A stretch of DNA of 64,000 nt from Patescibacteria group bacterium (GTDB lineage Bacteria; Patescibacteriota; Minisyncoccia; UBA6257; 02-FULL-45-10c): positions 1,286 to 65,285 of the forward strand of contig JAGWYA010000005.1 in NCBI GenBank assembly GCA_018969615.1, in the 5' to 3' direction. How positions within the stretch are numbered: the first letter of the stretch is position 1; each line of letters starts with the position of its first letter. A model generated the notes under the pieces. The model did not search any database. It worked only from the letters and a program-made list of their open reading frames with translations, and was not told where the DNA came from. The position numbers and the translations under genes are program-made. Shown piece after piece: positions 33,026 to 43,582 of this stretch.

Positions 33026-34885
33026 ATGTGCGGGATCAACGGATTTAATTTCAAAAGTGAGGCTGCGATCCGCGCGATGAACGCGGCGAACGCTCATCGC
33101 GGCCCTGATCGGACGGCGGCCTGGTGCGAAGACGGCGTTTCGCTGGGCCATAACCGGCTTTCGATCATCGACCTTTCTCATTCCGCTGATCAGCCGATGA
33201 CGGATATCTCCGGGCGATATATGATCGTGTTCAACGGCGAGATCTATAATTTCCGCGAGTTGCGGGAAGAGCTTGCGAAGACCTATGCGTTCAGTTCCAA
33301 GAGCGACACGGAAGTGATCCTGGCAGCCTACCGGAAATACGGCGCCGACTGCGTGAACCGATTGAACGGCATTTTTGCGTTCGCGATCTGGGACAAGGAA
33401 GAACAAGAACTGTTCCTTGCACGCGATCACGCCGGCGTGAAACCGCTCTATTATTATTTTGACGGAAAGCGGTTCATTTTCTCATCGGAGATCAAATCGA
33501 TCCTCGTGCATCAGGATGTCCGGCGGGCCGTGGATCCGACGGCGTTTAATTTATATTTTCGGATGCTGTATGTCCCGGAGCCGTATACGATGTTCGCCGG
33601 GATCAAAAAGCTCCCGCCGGCGCATCATCTTACGTTAAAGGGGACGAAACTGACGATCGAAAAATATTGGGAGGTCTCCGATTTTACCGATGTGCGCTCA
33701 CATGCTGATGCCGTGAAGCACGTTAAGGAGCTTTTTGATGCGTCGGTTCGGCGCCAGCTCATTTCTGACCGTCCGGTCGGCGTGTTCTTAAGCGGCGGGA
33801 TGGATTCCACGGCGGTCTTGGGATCGGCGCTGAAGACCGCGCCGGGAAAGATGAAAACGTATGCGGTCGGATTTGAAGATTCTCTTGAGCCTGAAAAATT
33901 TAATGCTGATGTGGAATTAGCGCGTCGGACGGCGCAGTTCTACGGAACCGATCATCATGAGCTGATGATCTCGGGCGATCACGTGAAGACCTATCTTGAG
34001 TCGATCGCATGGCATATGGATGAACCGAACGCTAATCCGACCGCGGCGGCGATCTATCTCCTTGCGTATCAGGCGAAAAAGGATGTGGCGGTCGTGCTGG
34101 GCGGCGACGGCGCGGACGAGCTTTTTGGCGGATATCCTCGGTATAACGCCGCGCAGCTTGTGCGTCTTGCGCAGCGCCTCCTCGGTCCTTCTTGGGCGCG
34201 CCGCGGCGCGGCATTGGCGGCTCGGGCGGTAGGGAAGCATGCAGTGGCCAGGAAAATAACCGCGACCGATCCGACTGAGATCTTTTTATCCTATCTTGCA
34301 CAGCCAGAGGAGCTTTTGAAAGAAGCGCTCGCGGCAAAACATATCGACCCTCAGGCTGCCCGGCACCATTTTTCCCGGTATTTCAGCGCGCCATACGCTG
34401 AGGGCGAGGATCCGTTGAAGCGGTTTATGAATGTCGACCGTCAGAGCTGGCTGGTGGATGATTCGTTGCTCCGGACCGACAAGATGACCATGGCATTCGG
34501 CCTTGAAGAGCGCGTCCCGATCTTGGACAGGCAGTTGATCGAATATGCGAACAGGATCCCGGTACGGTGGAAGTTTGCGCCGCAGACAGGACAGGCGTCA
34601 TTTGCCGGAAAGGAGATCTGGAAGCAGGCGGTCGAGGAATATCTGCCGGAGCATATCGTGAACCAGAAAAAGCGCGGCTGGTTCACGCCGATGGCGAAAT
34701 GGATGCGCGGACCGTTAAAGCCGTTCGTAGAAGGAACGATCGCGCGTCTTGAACCTGAGTTCTTTGACCGGCAGGGGATGGAGCGTATGTTTGCCGATCA
34801 TCTGAGCGGGAAGCGGTACAATCTTAATATGATCTGGGCTGTGGTGATGTGGCAGCTGTGGTACGACCGGTTTATAAAAGGATAA
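33026..34885 (+). CDS. asnB: asparagine synthase (glutamine-hydrolysing) family amidotransferase, AsnB/WbpS-like
   Basis: N-terminal MCGINGF (Ntn Cys2). A GATase-II domain followed by a synthetase domain with SGGMDS. Start trimmed to MCGI (33026). Confidence 0.9.
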   Translation: MCGINGFNFKSEAAIRAMNAANAHRGPDRTAAWCEDGVSLGHNRLSIIDLSHSADQPMTDISGRYMIVFNGEIYNFRELREELAKTYAFSSKSDTEVILAAYRKYGADCVNRLNGIFAFAIWDKEEQELFLARDHAGVKPLYYYFDGKRFIFSSEIKSILVHQDVRRAVDPTAFNLYFRMLYVPEPYTMFAGIKKLPPAHHLTLKGTKLTIEKYWEVSDFTDVRSHADAVKHVKELFDASVRRQLISDRPVGVFLSGGMDSTAVLGSALKTAPGKMKTYAVGFEDSLEPEKFNADVELARRTAQFYGTDHHELMISGDHVKTYLESIAWHMDEPNANPTAAAIYLLAYQAKKDVAVVLGGDGADELFGGYPRYNAAQLVRLAQRLLGPSWARRGAALAARAVGKHAVARKITATDPTEIFLSYLAQPEELLKEALAAKHIDPQAARHHFSRYFSAPYAEGEDPLKRFMNVDRQSWLVDDSLLRTDKMTMAFGLEERVPILDRQLIEYANRIPVRWKFAPQTGQASFAGKEIWKQAVEEYLPEHIVNQKKRGWFTPMAKWMRGPLKPFVEGTIARLEPEFFDRQGMERMFADHLSGKRYNLNMIWAVVMWQLWYDRFIKG

Positions 34886-34888
34886 CGC

Positions 34889-36208
34889 TTATGAGCGTAT
34901 GGCGGCGGTGTGGAACGCGTTGCGGGCCCCTGCGGCAGCAAAAAGAAAAAGGAGCGGTGTGAAGGGGAGCATGTACCGGCTCATATCTCCGGTGCTTGGA
35001 TTGATCGCTCCGGCTGCAAATAAGTTAAGCGCGAGCAGTACGGTAAAAAGCCCCCACCAAAGACGGGTTCGCCCATCGGCGATGCTGTAAAGCGCAAAGA
35101 GATCGATCAGGAGCCAGAGAAGGTTCCCTGCGGCTATTGCGGCGAGGAGCAGAGAATAACGCAGTCCGCTTCCCCAGGCGGGAAGTTTTGCGAGAATGAC
35201 CTCGTTCACGAGATATTCATAGCCGTGGTTCCAGAACGAGGCCCAGGTTGCGGAGAGGTGGAAAATCGCGTAGTCGAGCGGATGCGCAAGTACGACACTC
35301 AGGAAAGACGTTTTATAATAAGCGGCATAACTGAAATTGAACCGCGTTACCGAAAGACCCGGTCCGATCACGGGAGCCGGGGGATAAGCGATATGTTCTG
35401 TTTTTGCGAACGATGCTCCGACGATCGTATAGAGTTCGTACGATGCCGCCGTCGAGAGGCTTGCGGTACCGAATTGTGCCTTATTGCGGATCAGCCAGGG
35501 TGCCAACATGAGCATAAAAAGGATTGCCATGATCACGATCGTTTTTCCAAGCGCGGCGTAATTGATCCGGTCGCGGTTCTCAAGGAAGGCGCGGATCGGG
35601 AGGAACAGAAGAAAAGGGATGAAGAAATAGAGCGCAAGGGGCCGGGTAAGGGTTGCAAGGCCCATGGCCAGTGCGAACGACTTGTAATTCTTTTTTATGA
35701 AAAGATAAAAACCGGCGATGCAGAAGAACGCAAAAAACGTGTCGGACATCAGGAGGTTGCCCCAGTAGAGATTCATCGGATCAAGCCCGGAAGCGAGTGC
35801 GCCGACCAGCGCGATCCGGTTGGACGAGAACAGCGTCATCCCGATGCGATAGACAAGGACAGCTGTAAGCGCGATAAGTATATTTTGCGTGATCACAATG
35901 CCAAAGAGCGGAAGTTGAACGGCAAGAAGCGCCGCAATGAACAGGGAATAAAGAGGCGTATGATAGGCGTCGGGAAAGAAGGGCGCCTGCTGCGCGATAC
36001 TGAGCGTGCCGTGATGAAGAAGATTGAGCGCACTTTGATAATAGAAATAGAATGCATCGGAATAGGAAACGAACACATGCTCTCCGAAATGAAGCTGGGA
36101 GACAACGGCGAAGAACGCATGCGCGGCAAAGACGATAAGAAAAATAGCCGTCTCGGTGCGATGGGTCTTCAAAAATGCAGCGAGGCGGTCCCTGAGAGCG
36201 GCGCGCAT
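34889..36208 (-). CDS. polytopic membrane protein, a probable GT-C-fold glycosyltransferase (mannosyltransferase/ArnT-like)
   Basis: More than 10 TM helices. Conserved short loops. Convergent with asnB. Confidence 0.55.
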   Translation of the reverse strand: MRAALRDRLAAFLKTHRTETAIFLIVFAAHAFFAVVSQLHFGEHVFVSYSDAFYFYYQSALNLLHHGTLSIAQQAPFFPDAYHTPLYSLFIAALLAVQLPLFGIVITQNILIALTAVLVYRIGMTLFSSNRIALVGALASGLDPMNLYWGNLLMSDTFFAFFCIAGFYLFIKKNYKSFALAMGLATLTRPLALYFFIPFLLFLPIRAFLENRDRINYAALGKTIVIMAILFMLMLAPWLIRNKAQFGTASLSTAASYELYTIVGASFAKTEHIAYPPAPVIGPGLSVTRFNFSYAAYYKTSFLSVVLAHPLDYAIFHLSATWASFWNHGYEYLVNEVILAKLPAWGSGLRYSLLLAAIAAGNLLWLLIDLFALYSIADGRTRLWWGLFTVLLALNLFAAGAINPSTGDMSRYMLPFTPLLFLFAAAGARNAFHTAAIRS

Positions 36209-36213
36209 AACGA

Positions 36214-37119
36214 TTAGCGGCTAAGCCAGCTGAACTTCCCGACGTATTCCGACAGGCACACTTTCCAGTCGCGGGTCAGTTTCGGATTAAGCTTTTTGAG
36301 ATTGATGTTCACGAGCGTTTCTGACCGCGGCCGCGGAGCGAAATACGTTGCGCGCAACGCGCTTGAACCGATCTTTTTCACGGTTATTTTTTTCGCAAGG
36401 CCGAGCTGTTTCACAAGCTCTTTCGCAACGTCGTAGCGGCTCCCGCTTCCGTTGCAGGCGCCGTGAAAGATGCCGGACTTTTTATGGTCAAGCAGATAGT
36501 GCATGGAACGGGCGAGATCGTAGGTATAGCAGGGCGTTCCCAGCTTGTCATCAACGACCTGAAGCGTTGTTTTGCCGGCACGGATCTGTTTGATGATCTT
36601 ATTGATGAATTTCTTGTCTTTTTTCGGCCCGCCGCCCATCATCCATCCCGCACGGATGACGACCGATCCCGGGGTTGCGCGGGCGACCGCTTCTCCGATG
36701 AATTTCGATCGGCCATACACACTGAGCGGATTCGGTTGATCGTTTTCGCGGTAGCGATCTTTCTCGCCGTCAAAGACCCCGGCGGTGCTGATATAGAGGA
36801 AGGGGATCTTGTGTTTACGTGCATAGGATGCGAGATTTTCGACGCCAATACTGTTCGTCTGATAGGCGTTATCGGCGTGCCGTTCGCAGTATTCCATGTC
36901 GGTCAGCGCGGCAAGGTGGAGAATATAGTTCGGTCGGACGCGGCGTAGATACGCGGTAACCGCTTTTGTGTCCCGCACGTCGAGATAGGAGAGCCACGGC
37001 GCATTCAGATCAATGTCGGTTGCGCGCAGTTTGCAGATGTCCTTGAATTCCGCATAGACCGCTTCGCCGAGCATGCCGCCGCAGCCGGTCACAAGCACAG
37101 TATCTTTCTTGGTGATCAT
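36214..37119 (-). CDS. NAD(P)-dependent sugar epimerase/dehydratase/reductase. Extended SDR; RmlD/GalE-like.
   Basis: Rossmann motif VLVTGCGGMLGE. ~300 aa. Tightly coupled to the upstream GT2 gene. Confidence 0.82.
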   Translation of the reverse strand: MITKKDTVLVTGCGGMLGEAVYAEFKDICKLRATDIDLNAPWLSYLDVRDTKAVTAYLRRVRPNYILHLAALTDMEYCERHADNAYQTNSIGVENLASYARKHKIPFLYISTAGVFDGEKDRYRENDQPNPLSVYGRSKFIGEAVARATPGSVVIRAGWMMGGGPKKDKKFINKIIKQIRAGKTTLQVVDDKLGTPCYTYDLARSMHYLLDHKKSGIFHGACNGSGSRYDVAKELVKQLGLAKKITVKKIGSSALRATYFAPRPRSETLVNINLKKLNPKLTRDWKVCLSEYVGKFSWLSR

Positions 37120-37131
37120 AGGAGTGAATGA

Positions 37132-37842
37132 TTAAAGGATATTCATTCTGAATTTTATCATGTCAACGAACGTATCGACAATGACGTTCCATTTCGATCC
37201 GCTGGCGACGCCGCTGGACCGGTGAAAATGCGTAACCGGAAATTGCGCGATCGAAAACCCGGCTCGGGATGCGCGGATCAGCATTTCGGCATCAATGAAT
37301 GCGCTGGCGCTCTTGATCTGCATCGGATCAATAACCTTCCGCTTGTAGATCTTCATGGAGCAGTTGACGTCCCGAAGGCGAAGGCCGAACAGTGCGCGTA
37401 TGAAAAAATTATAGATGGCCGATTGGACTTTCCGCCCGTTGGTGACCGCCTTCTCGGTCACATATCCGCTCAAGATATCGTGATCGTTGAGGAGCGGGAG
37501 AGCCGGTTTGAACTCGCGGATATCATACTGATTATCGCCGTCGGTATACATGACGTAGTCATACCGGGCCGCTTTGAATCCGTCATGGAGCGTTGCGCCG
37601 TAGCCGAGGTTCTTCGGATGATGGATCACGCGGACATGCGGGACCGTTTTTGCTAGTTCATCGGCGACCGTTCCGGTCCGGTCGGGGCTGCCGTCCTCAA
37701 CGATGATGATCTCAAAAGTATCCGTGATCTCTTTGAGGAATTCCGCGACGCGGGGAATGAGCGTAGGAAGGTTTTGCTCGTCGTGATAGGCGGGACAGAA
37801 GAATGAGACGCTTTTTAATTTTCCCGCTGTGTGAGAAGGCAT
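37132..37842 (-). CDS. GT2-family polyprenyl-phosphate sugar synthase (DPM1-like)
   Basis: SFFCPAYHDE...VEDGSPDRT...TDGDNQYD motifs. Confidence 0.82.
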   Translation of the reverse strand: MPSHTAGKLKSVSFFCPAYHDEQNLPTLIPRVAEFLKEITDTFEIIIVEDGSPDRTGTVADELAKTVPHVRVIHHPKNLGYGATLHDGFKAARYDYVMYTDGDNQYDIREFKPALPLLNDHDILSGYVTEKAVTNGRKVQSAIYNFFIRALFGLRLRDVNCSMKIYKRKVIDPMQIKSASAFIDAEMLIRASRAGFSIAQFPVTHFHRSSGVASGSKWNVIVDTFVDMIKFRMNIL

Positions 37843-37952
37843 GGGATAGGCATTTAAAATACACTTTAGTATAGCGCAGAGAAGCGGGTCGGCGAAAGAA
37901 GGCTAAAAGCATCCTCTGGAATCGAAGCGGATACGATGCTACTCTAAGGAGT

Positions 37953-38867
37953 ATGAAAAAGGATCACAAGACGAAAGCTGAAGCGACCGCGGATGTCAGA
38001 AAATGGTGGGATGAGAATCCGTTCACGCTCGGCGTGGCGACGGGCGACTATGCAAAGCACGATCTCGTGGGGCGCCAGCCTCTTGAGAAGATGACGCTGG
38101 AGTATTTCGAAGAGATCAACCGCCGGTTCCGGAAGCATATGGGTTTGAACGTGCAGAAGCCGGGGCACCCGCTCCTTTCGGGAGTCATTGATTTTGACGC
38201 TGACATCAAAGGGAAGAAAGTCCTTGATATTGCGACCGGATCGGGTTTGCATACGGTAGAGTTCGCGGCGGCAGGCGCCGACGTGACCGGGATCGACTTG
38301 ACCCCTTTTGCGGTGGTTCAGACAAAAAAGAACCTTGAGGTCCGAGGCTTTTCGGCGGAGGTTCGGGAGATGGATGCGCAGCATATGGACCTTCCCGATA
38401 ATTCGTTCGACTTTGTGAACGCATGGGGATGTCTTATGCATATGCCGGATACGGAAAAGGCGATGCGCGAGATCCATCGCGTCCTGAAGCCGGGCGGCCG
38501 CACGTTCGCCTATATGTACAATCGGAGCTCTTGGCCGTTCTGGTTCAATATCATTTTACTGCGCGGCATCTTGCTTGCCGGCCTGGTGAGATATAAAGGG
38601 AATATCACCCGGCTGACCTCCCGCTATAGCGATGGAGCGGCTACGGGCGGGAATATGCTGACGAAATTCTATACGCCGAAACAGGTGGAACGTATGTTCC
38701 GCGCCGCCGGATTTTCAAATGTAAAAGCGCTTCCGCTTGATCTCGGATACGAAGCGGACCATTGGCCGATGAACAGCTTCCCGGTATTCAAGTTCTTGCC
38801 GAAGTCGGTGAAGGCATGGATGGGCAAGCGGTGGGGGTACGGGCTTATCGTGTATGCGCAAAAATAA
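37953..38867 (+). CDS. class I SAM-dependent methyltransferase
   Basis: VLDIATGSGLHTVEFA (motif I). D-loop and LKPGGR (post-I) motifs. Strong SD (TAAGGAG). Confidence 0.85.
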   Translation: MKKDHKTKAEATADVRKWWDENPFTLGVATGDYAKHDLVGRQPLEKMTLEYFEEINRRFRKHMGLNVQKPGHPLLSGVIDFDADIKGKKVLDIATGSGLHTVEFAAAGADVTGIDLTPFAVVQTKKNLEVRGFSAEVREMDAQHMDLPDNSFDFVNAWGCLMHMPDTEKAMREIHRVLKPGGRTFAYMYNRSSWPFWFNIILLRGILLAGLVRYKGNITRLTSRYSDGAATGGNMLTKFYTPKQVERMFRAAGFSNVKALPLDLGYEADHWPMNSFPVFKFLPKSVKAWMGKRWGYGLIVYAQK

Positions 38868-39492
38868 GCGATCGATCGAAGCTCCGTGGGACCGTTTTTT
38901 CAGGGAGAAGATCATCAGGATCTTTTCTGAAAAAAAGACCGTCATTGATATCGGCGGCGGTTTGCGTGTTTCAAAAAAGAAAGGGAATCGGTACGATCCC
39001 GGACGCGAGTGGATCCTTCCGTATATCGAAAAGGTTGACTATAAGGTGATGGACCCCGTTGATACGTATCATCCCGATATCGTCGGCGATATTCAGGCGC
39101 TTCCGATGCCGGCCAATTCCGTTGACGCCATCATCTGCCTTGCGGTACTTGAGCATGTGGAAGATCCGATCACGGCGTGGAAGGAGATGTATCGCGTATT
39201 AAAGCCGGGAGGGTTTTGTCTTATCTATGTTCCGTTCCTGTATTATTACCATGCGGAAAAAGGCTACTACGGAGATTTTTGGAGGTTCACGAAGGACGGT
39301 ATTGCGCATTTGTCCAGGCAGTATACAAGCGTTGAGATCGAACCGGTCAGAGGAGCGATCGAGACCTGGATACGACTGAGCCCGCTCGGCCGCGTCAGCG
39401 TTTTTAACCGCTTTGCGCGGGTTTTGGACAGGGTATCGGGGAAGCTGAAAAGCGATCAGGTGAGCGGGTATAATGTTTTCCTGATCAAATAA
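38854..39492 (+). CDS. class I SAM-dependent methyltransferase
   Basis: VIDIGGG...ICLAVLEHV...LKPGGFCLIYVP. Confidence 0.8.
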   Translation: MRKNKRSIEAPWDRFFREKIIRIFSEKKTVIDIGGGLRVSKKKGNRYDPGREWILPYIEKVDYKVMDPVDTYHPDIVGDIQALPMPANSVDAIICLAVLEHVEDPITAWKEMYRVLKPGGFCLIYVPFLYYYHAEKGYYGDFWRFTKDGIAHLSRQYTSVEIEPVRGAIETWIRLSPLGRVSVFNRFARVLDRVSGKLKSDQVSGYNVFLIK

Positions 39493-39497
39493 TTTTT

Positions 39498-40286
39498 ATG
39501 GATAAGACTGCAAACCTAAAACATGCTTTGGCGGCCGCGTATGACGCTTTGCGCCCTTTTTCTGATAAATATGAGATCGATCTTAAGCGATACTTGTTCT
39601 CTTTGAAATTATTGAGCGGTATCGAGGGATATAAGAATAAAAAAATACTTGATATCGGAACGGGGATCGGGATCTTGCCGATAGCGCTCAGAAAACTGGG
39701 GGCCGCGCACGTGTTTGGCGCTGATCATTACGTGTTCCCGGAATCCGGCAATGAAATGTTCGGGATCCGTGAGATCGAGAAGATCAAAGCGGTATGGCAT
39801 GCGCAGGGTGTCGAGGTGTTCGATCTCGATATCATAAAAGATGATCTTCCGAAAACGCTTGAAGGGGTCGGCGTCATCGTCAGCGAGGCGACCATTGAGC
39901 ACCTGAAGGCTCCGCGCGTATTTCTTGACCGTATTTTTACCCTGTTACCCTCAGGCGGATATTTTCTTCTTACGACGCCGAATATCGCGACCGCGGTGAA
40001 GCGTTTGCGGTTCCTTTTCGGAAAAACGCCGTTATGGCCGGTCCAGGATTTTTATAAAGACGGGGAGGATTTTACCGGCCATTGGCGGGAATATACCATG
40101 GCTGAGCTTGAGTATATGTGCCGCAAGAGCGGTTTTGCGGTGGTTGATCGGCATACCGTGAACACGTTGGTGAAGCTCAGAGTAGGCACGAGCATGAAAA
40201 AGAACGCAAAAGCGCTTTTCACCATTCTGCTCTCGTTCTTGCCCGGTTCCGGGGAGATGCATTACGTATTGTGCCGTAAGCCTTAA
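39498..40286 (+). CDS. class I SAM-dependent methyltransferase
   Basis: ILDIGTGIGILPIAL...EATIEHL...LLPSGGYFLLTTPN. Confidence 0.8.
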   Translation: MDKTANLKHALAAAYDALRPFSDKYEIDLKRYLFSLKLLSGIEGYKNKKILDIGTGIGILPIALRKLGAAHVFGADHYVFPESGNEMFGIREIEKIKAVWHAQGVEVFDLDIIKDDLPKTLEGVGVIVSEATIEHLKAPRVFLDRIFTLLPSGGYFLLTTPNIATAVKRLRFLFGKTPLWPVQDFYKDGEDFTGHWREYTMAELEYMCRKSGFAVVDRHTVNTLVKLRVGTSMKKNAKALFTILLSFLPGSGEMHYVLCRKP

Positions 40287-40350
40287 ACAAAAAGGCAGGA
40301 CCGGCGTTTCCGAGACAATTTCACCGGCTTTTTGGTTTCAATTAAAGACT

Positions 40351-41400
40351 ATGACCAAGGTATATATCGGAAAACTTTTGGATGGCGTATCGTATCTTCC
40401 AGTGCTTTTTCCGAACCTCGGACCGATCCGTGATGACCGGCATCTTTTTGCTGACAAGGGGTGGCGCACATTCACGACGCCGGTTTTTGATATCGTGGAG
40501 CGTCCTGAAGAAGCCGATTTTATTTTGTTGCCCTATGACTATTTTTCTATGTTTGACCGGAACCGGTCGGTCGTGGACGACTATATCGCGCTGGCAAAAA
40601 GGTCGGGAAAGAAACTGCTTATCTTTGATCTCAGCGATTATACCGAGCGTCCGGTTGATACTGAGAACGCGGTTATTTTTCGCGTTGCCGGGTATCGCCA
40701 TCACCTGAAACGGAATGAGATCATCATGCCGTATTTTGTGGAAGATCTTTCCCGCGAAGGGGAAGTGTACTGGCGCACGAAGGGCGATAAGCCGGTTGTC
40801 GGATTTTGCGGCTGGGCCGATTTTAAGAATGGAACGCAAAAAGCGAAGGCGTATGTGAAAAAATGGTATTTCGCCGTGCTGTATGCGCTTGCGGGCGATA
40901 AAGATGTCGGGGCGCATCAGCAGGGTTTGTTGTTCCGCCGGAAGCTCATACGCGTTTTAATGGATTCGGCCGCAGTGAAGACGAATTTTATCATCCGCAA
41001 GGCTTATGGATCGCACCGGGATACGATCGAGCTTCCTCCGGATGAGGCGCGGAAGCAATATATTCAAAATATCCTTGATTCCGACCTTACGGTGTCAATT
41101 CGCGGAGATGCCAATGCTTCGCAGCGATTTTATGAAGTACTGAGCTTAGGACGGATCCCGGTTTTGTTGGATACTGATTGCGTTTTGCCGCTGGAAGACG
41201 AGATCCGCTATGACGAGTTTATGCTGCGCATTCCTCATCGGGATATTGACCGGGCAGGGGATATTATCGCTGAATTTTACGGAAAATTGCCGCCGGAGGA
41301 CTTTAAGAAGATGCAGCAGCGTGCACAGGAAGTATTCGAGAATTATCTGAGAGCCGATTCGTTCTTCGGCCATGTCCTGCCGAAACTGTCCGGTCTATAA
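40351..41400 (+). CDS. exostosin-like glycosyltransferase (GT47-family C-terminal domain)
   Basis: C-terminal RFYEVLSLGRIPVLL...LPLEDEIRYDEFMLRIP matches the exostosin-family signature. Confidence 0.7.
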   Translation: MTKVYIGKLLDGVSYLPVLFPNLGPIRDDRHLFADKGWRTFTTPVFDIVERPEEADFILLPYDYFSMFDRNRSVVDDYIALAKRSGKKLLIFDLSDYTERPVDTENAVIFRVAGYRHHLKRNEIIMPYFVEDLSREGEVYWRTKGDKPVVGFCGWADFKNGTQKAKAYVKKWYFAVLYALAGDKDVGAHQQGLLFRRKLIRVLMDSAAVKTNFIIRKAYGSHRDTIELPPDEARKQYIQNILDSDLTVSIRGDANASQRFYEVLSLGRIPVLLDTDCVLPLEDEIRYDEFMLRIPHRDIDRAGDIIAEFYGKLPPEDFKKMQQRAQEVFENYLRADSFFGHVLPKLSGL

Positions 41401-41427
41401 AGGGGTTTAATATCGTTTATTTGCATT

Positions 41428-42228
41428 TCACAGAGAAACTGCTTCAGTTACAGGATCTTTTTCTTTGCGGGTTATAACTAAGATAGAGACTCCGAAAGGA
41501 AAATTTATTTTTTTAAGGACATATCTTTCAGCATTGAATATAAAAGAAAATAATTTATTTAAAAATGGGCTATTCATATTGAAATCGGACTCCCGAGATC
41601 TTATATGGAATAACCTGCTCATTAAGCGAACGAGTGCGATCGGAGGAAAGAGGAATGTATTGAAGTAGGTTGACCGCACGCTCTGTATGGATGAAACCTG
41701 CTCTATTTTTGAGAGGAGTTGATGCCGAGTGTATCTTCGATAATGATGAGATACTTCGTCCTGAACGCCCCAAAGAAACATGAATGCCGGCACCATTATA
41801 ATAAAAAATCCTCCAGGCTTCAGGACGCGTTCGATTTCTTTGATCGCCCAGTCCTCATTTTCTAGGTGCTCTAAAACATCCAGGGCGAGTATGGCGTCGA
41901 AAGTGTTATTATCGAATTCAACTTTGTGTGAGCTTATGGTTTTAATATTTTTTATTCCGCGCGAGCGTCCAAAGGCGATAGCTTCGGAAGAAATATCGAT
42001 CCCGTAGGGATCATATCCAATGCCAGCGAGCTCTTCCACAAACAAGCCTGAGCCGCAGCCAAAGTCCAATATTTTTATATCATTTGGGTTTTTGTTTAAA
42101 TATTTTTTTAAATTATCAACAACAATAGCCCTTCTGCCCATCATGAGCCAGTGCCCTTTTTCTATTTCAAAATAATTTTTATAGAACCCTTTTTCCATAA
42201 TGTGATATATTGCTATCTTGCCATTCAC
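41428..42228 (-). CDS. class I SAM-dependent methyltransferase. Lower GC than its neighbours.
   Basis: ILDFGCGSGLFVEELA...LKPGGFFIIMVP. Confidence 0.85.
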   Translation of the reverse strand: MNGKIAIYHIMEKGFYKNYFEIEKGHWLMMGRRAIVVDNLKKYLNKNPNDIKILDFGCGSGLFVEELAGIGYDPYGIDISSEAIAFGRSRGIKNIKTISSHKVEFDNNTFDAILALDVLEHLENEDWAIKEIERVLKPGGFFIIMVPAFMFLWGVQDEVSHHYRRYTRHQLLSKIEQVSSIQSVRSTYFNTFLFPPIALVRLMSRLFHIRSRESDFNMNSPFLNKLFSFIFNAERYVLKKINFPFGVSILVITRKEKDPVTEAVSL

Positions 42229-42383
42229 ACTGCCTTGTTTATAGGTAAGATCTGATAAGATAATATCATTGTACGTGTATTATTAAAGCATATTACGCGG
42301 CTGAGTGAACAGCGGCGGCGCCCGAGCTCTCCGGCCATATCCGAGACAATTTAAGCTTCGAATCGGTTTTAACTAACGATTGT

Positions 42384-43529
42384 ATGAATAAGAATTTACT
42401 CTATATCGCCAATATCCGCCTTCCGACCGAAAAAGCGCACGGCGTGCAGATCATGAACATGTGCGCATCGTTCGTTGCGAACGGCATACAAGTTGAATTA
42501 GTCGTTCCGCGCCGGTTCAATAAGATCAAAGAGGATCCGTTCGCATACTATGGGATCCCGCGGACGTTTACGGTCCGCCGGATGCCGGTCCTTGACCTGA
42601 CGATGCTTGGCGCGATCGGCTTCTGGGTTGAGGCCGTCTCTTTTTCATTTTTTGCTTTCATGTATTCGCTGGGGAAGCGGGGATGGACGCTGTATACCCG
42701 CGATGAGGTTACCGCTTATCTATTCTCTTTGTCGGGAAGGCGCATCTTTTGGGAGACGCACACGCAGTCCCATAACCGGATGACCGGGAAAACGCTTCGC
42801 CGCGTCGCCGGTATTATTACGCTGACACAGGCGTCGAAGGATTATTATACAAAGGAATTCGGAGTAGCTGCAGAAAAGATCTTTGTTGCCGCCGACGGCG
42901 TTGATATCCGGGCATTCTCGGCGTCACAGACCAAAGAAGAGGCGAGAAAGCAGCTCGATCTTCCGCAGGATAAAAAGATCGTCGCCTATATAGGAAAATA
43001 TAGGACGATGGGAGCGGCGAAAGGAGTTGATGAGATCGTCGAGGCGGTCGCTCGCGTGCGGCGCGATATATCCGACGCGGCGGTGATGATTGTGGGATTA
43101 AATAAGGATGAGGTCGCGGAATTAGCATCGGTATGCGACGCGAAAGGAATTCCGCCGGCGGAGCGGATCCTGCATACGCATGTGCCGCTGGCGAAGATCC
43201 CGTTGTACCTTCGGGCATGCGACGTGGTGGTGATGAACTATCCGAACACGCCGCATTATGCCCGGTTTATGTCGCCGCTGAAGCTTTTTGAATATATGGC
43301 GAGCGGGGTTCCGATCGTCACGACCGATCTGCCGAGCATCCGCGAAGTGCTTGATGAGTCGACGGCCATCTTTGTAGGGCCCGATGATGCGAACGATCTT
43401 GCGCGGGGGATCTCATCCGCGCTTATGCATCCCGAGCGTGCGCATGCCCTTGCTTCTGCCGCGCAGGTGAAGGTAAAGGCGTATGATTGGAAGAACAGAG
43501 CCGCTCAGATAGCCGGTTTTGTGGCCTAA
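42384..43529 (+). CDS. GT4-family glycosyltransferase
   Basis: GT-B two-domain organisation. C-terminal ...FEYMASGVPIVTTDLPS... Confidence 0.78.
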   Translation: MNKNLLYIANIRLPTEKAHGVQIMNMCASFVANGIQVELVVPRRFNKIKEDPFAYYGIPRTFTVRRMPVLDLTMLGAIGFWVEAVSFSFFAFMYSLGKRGWTLYTRDEVTAYLFSLSGRRIFWETHTQSHNRMTGKTLRRVAGIITLTQASKDYYTKEFGVAAEKIFVAADGVDIRAFSASQTKEEARKQLDLPQDKKIVAYIGKYRTMGAAKGVDEIVEAVARVRRDISDAAVMIVGLNKDEVAELASVCDAKGIPPAERILHTHVPLAKIPLYLRACDVVVMNYPNTPHYARFMSPLKLFEYMASGVPIVTTDLPSIREVLDESTAIFVGPDDANDLARGISSALMHPERAHALASAAQVKVKAYDWKNRAAQIAGFVA

Positions 43530-43582
43530 AAAGCGAAATAGCGTTGCTTGTCGGAGGCCCCATCTTTTGATAGACTCTCCCT

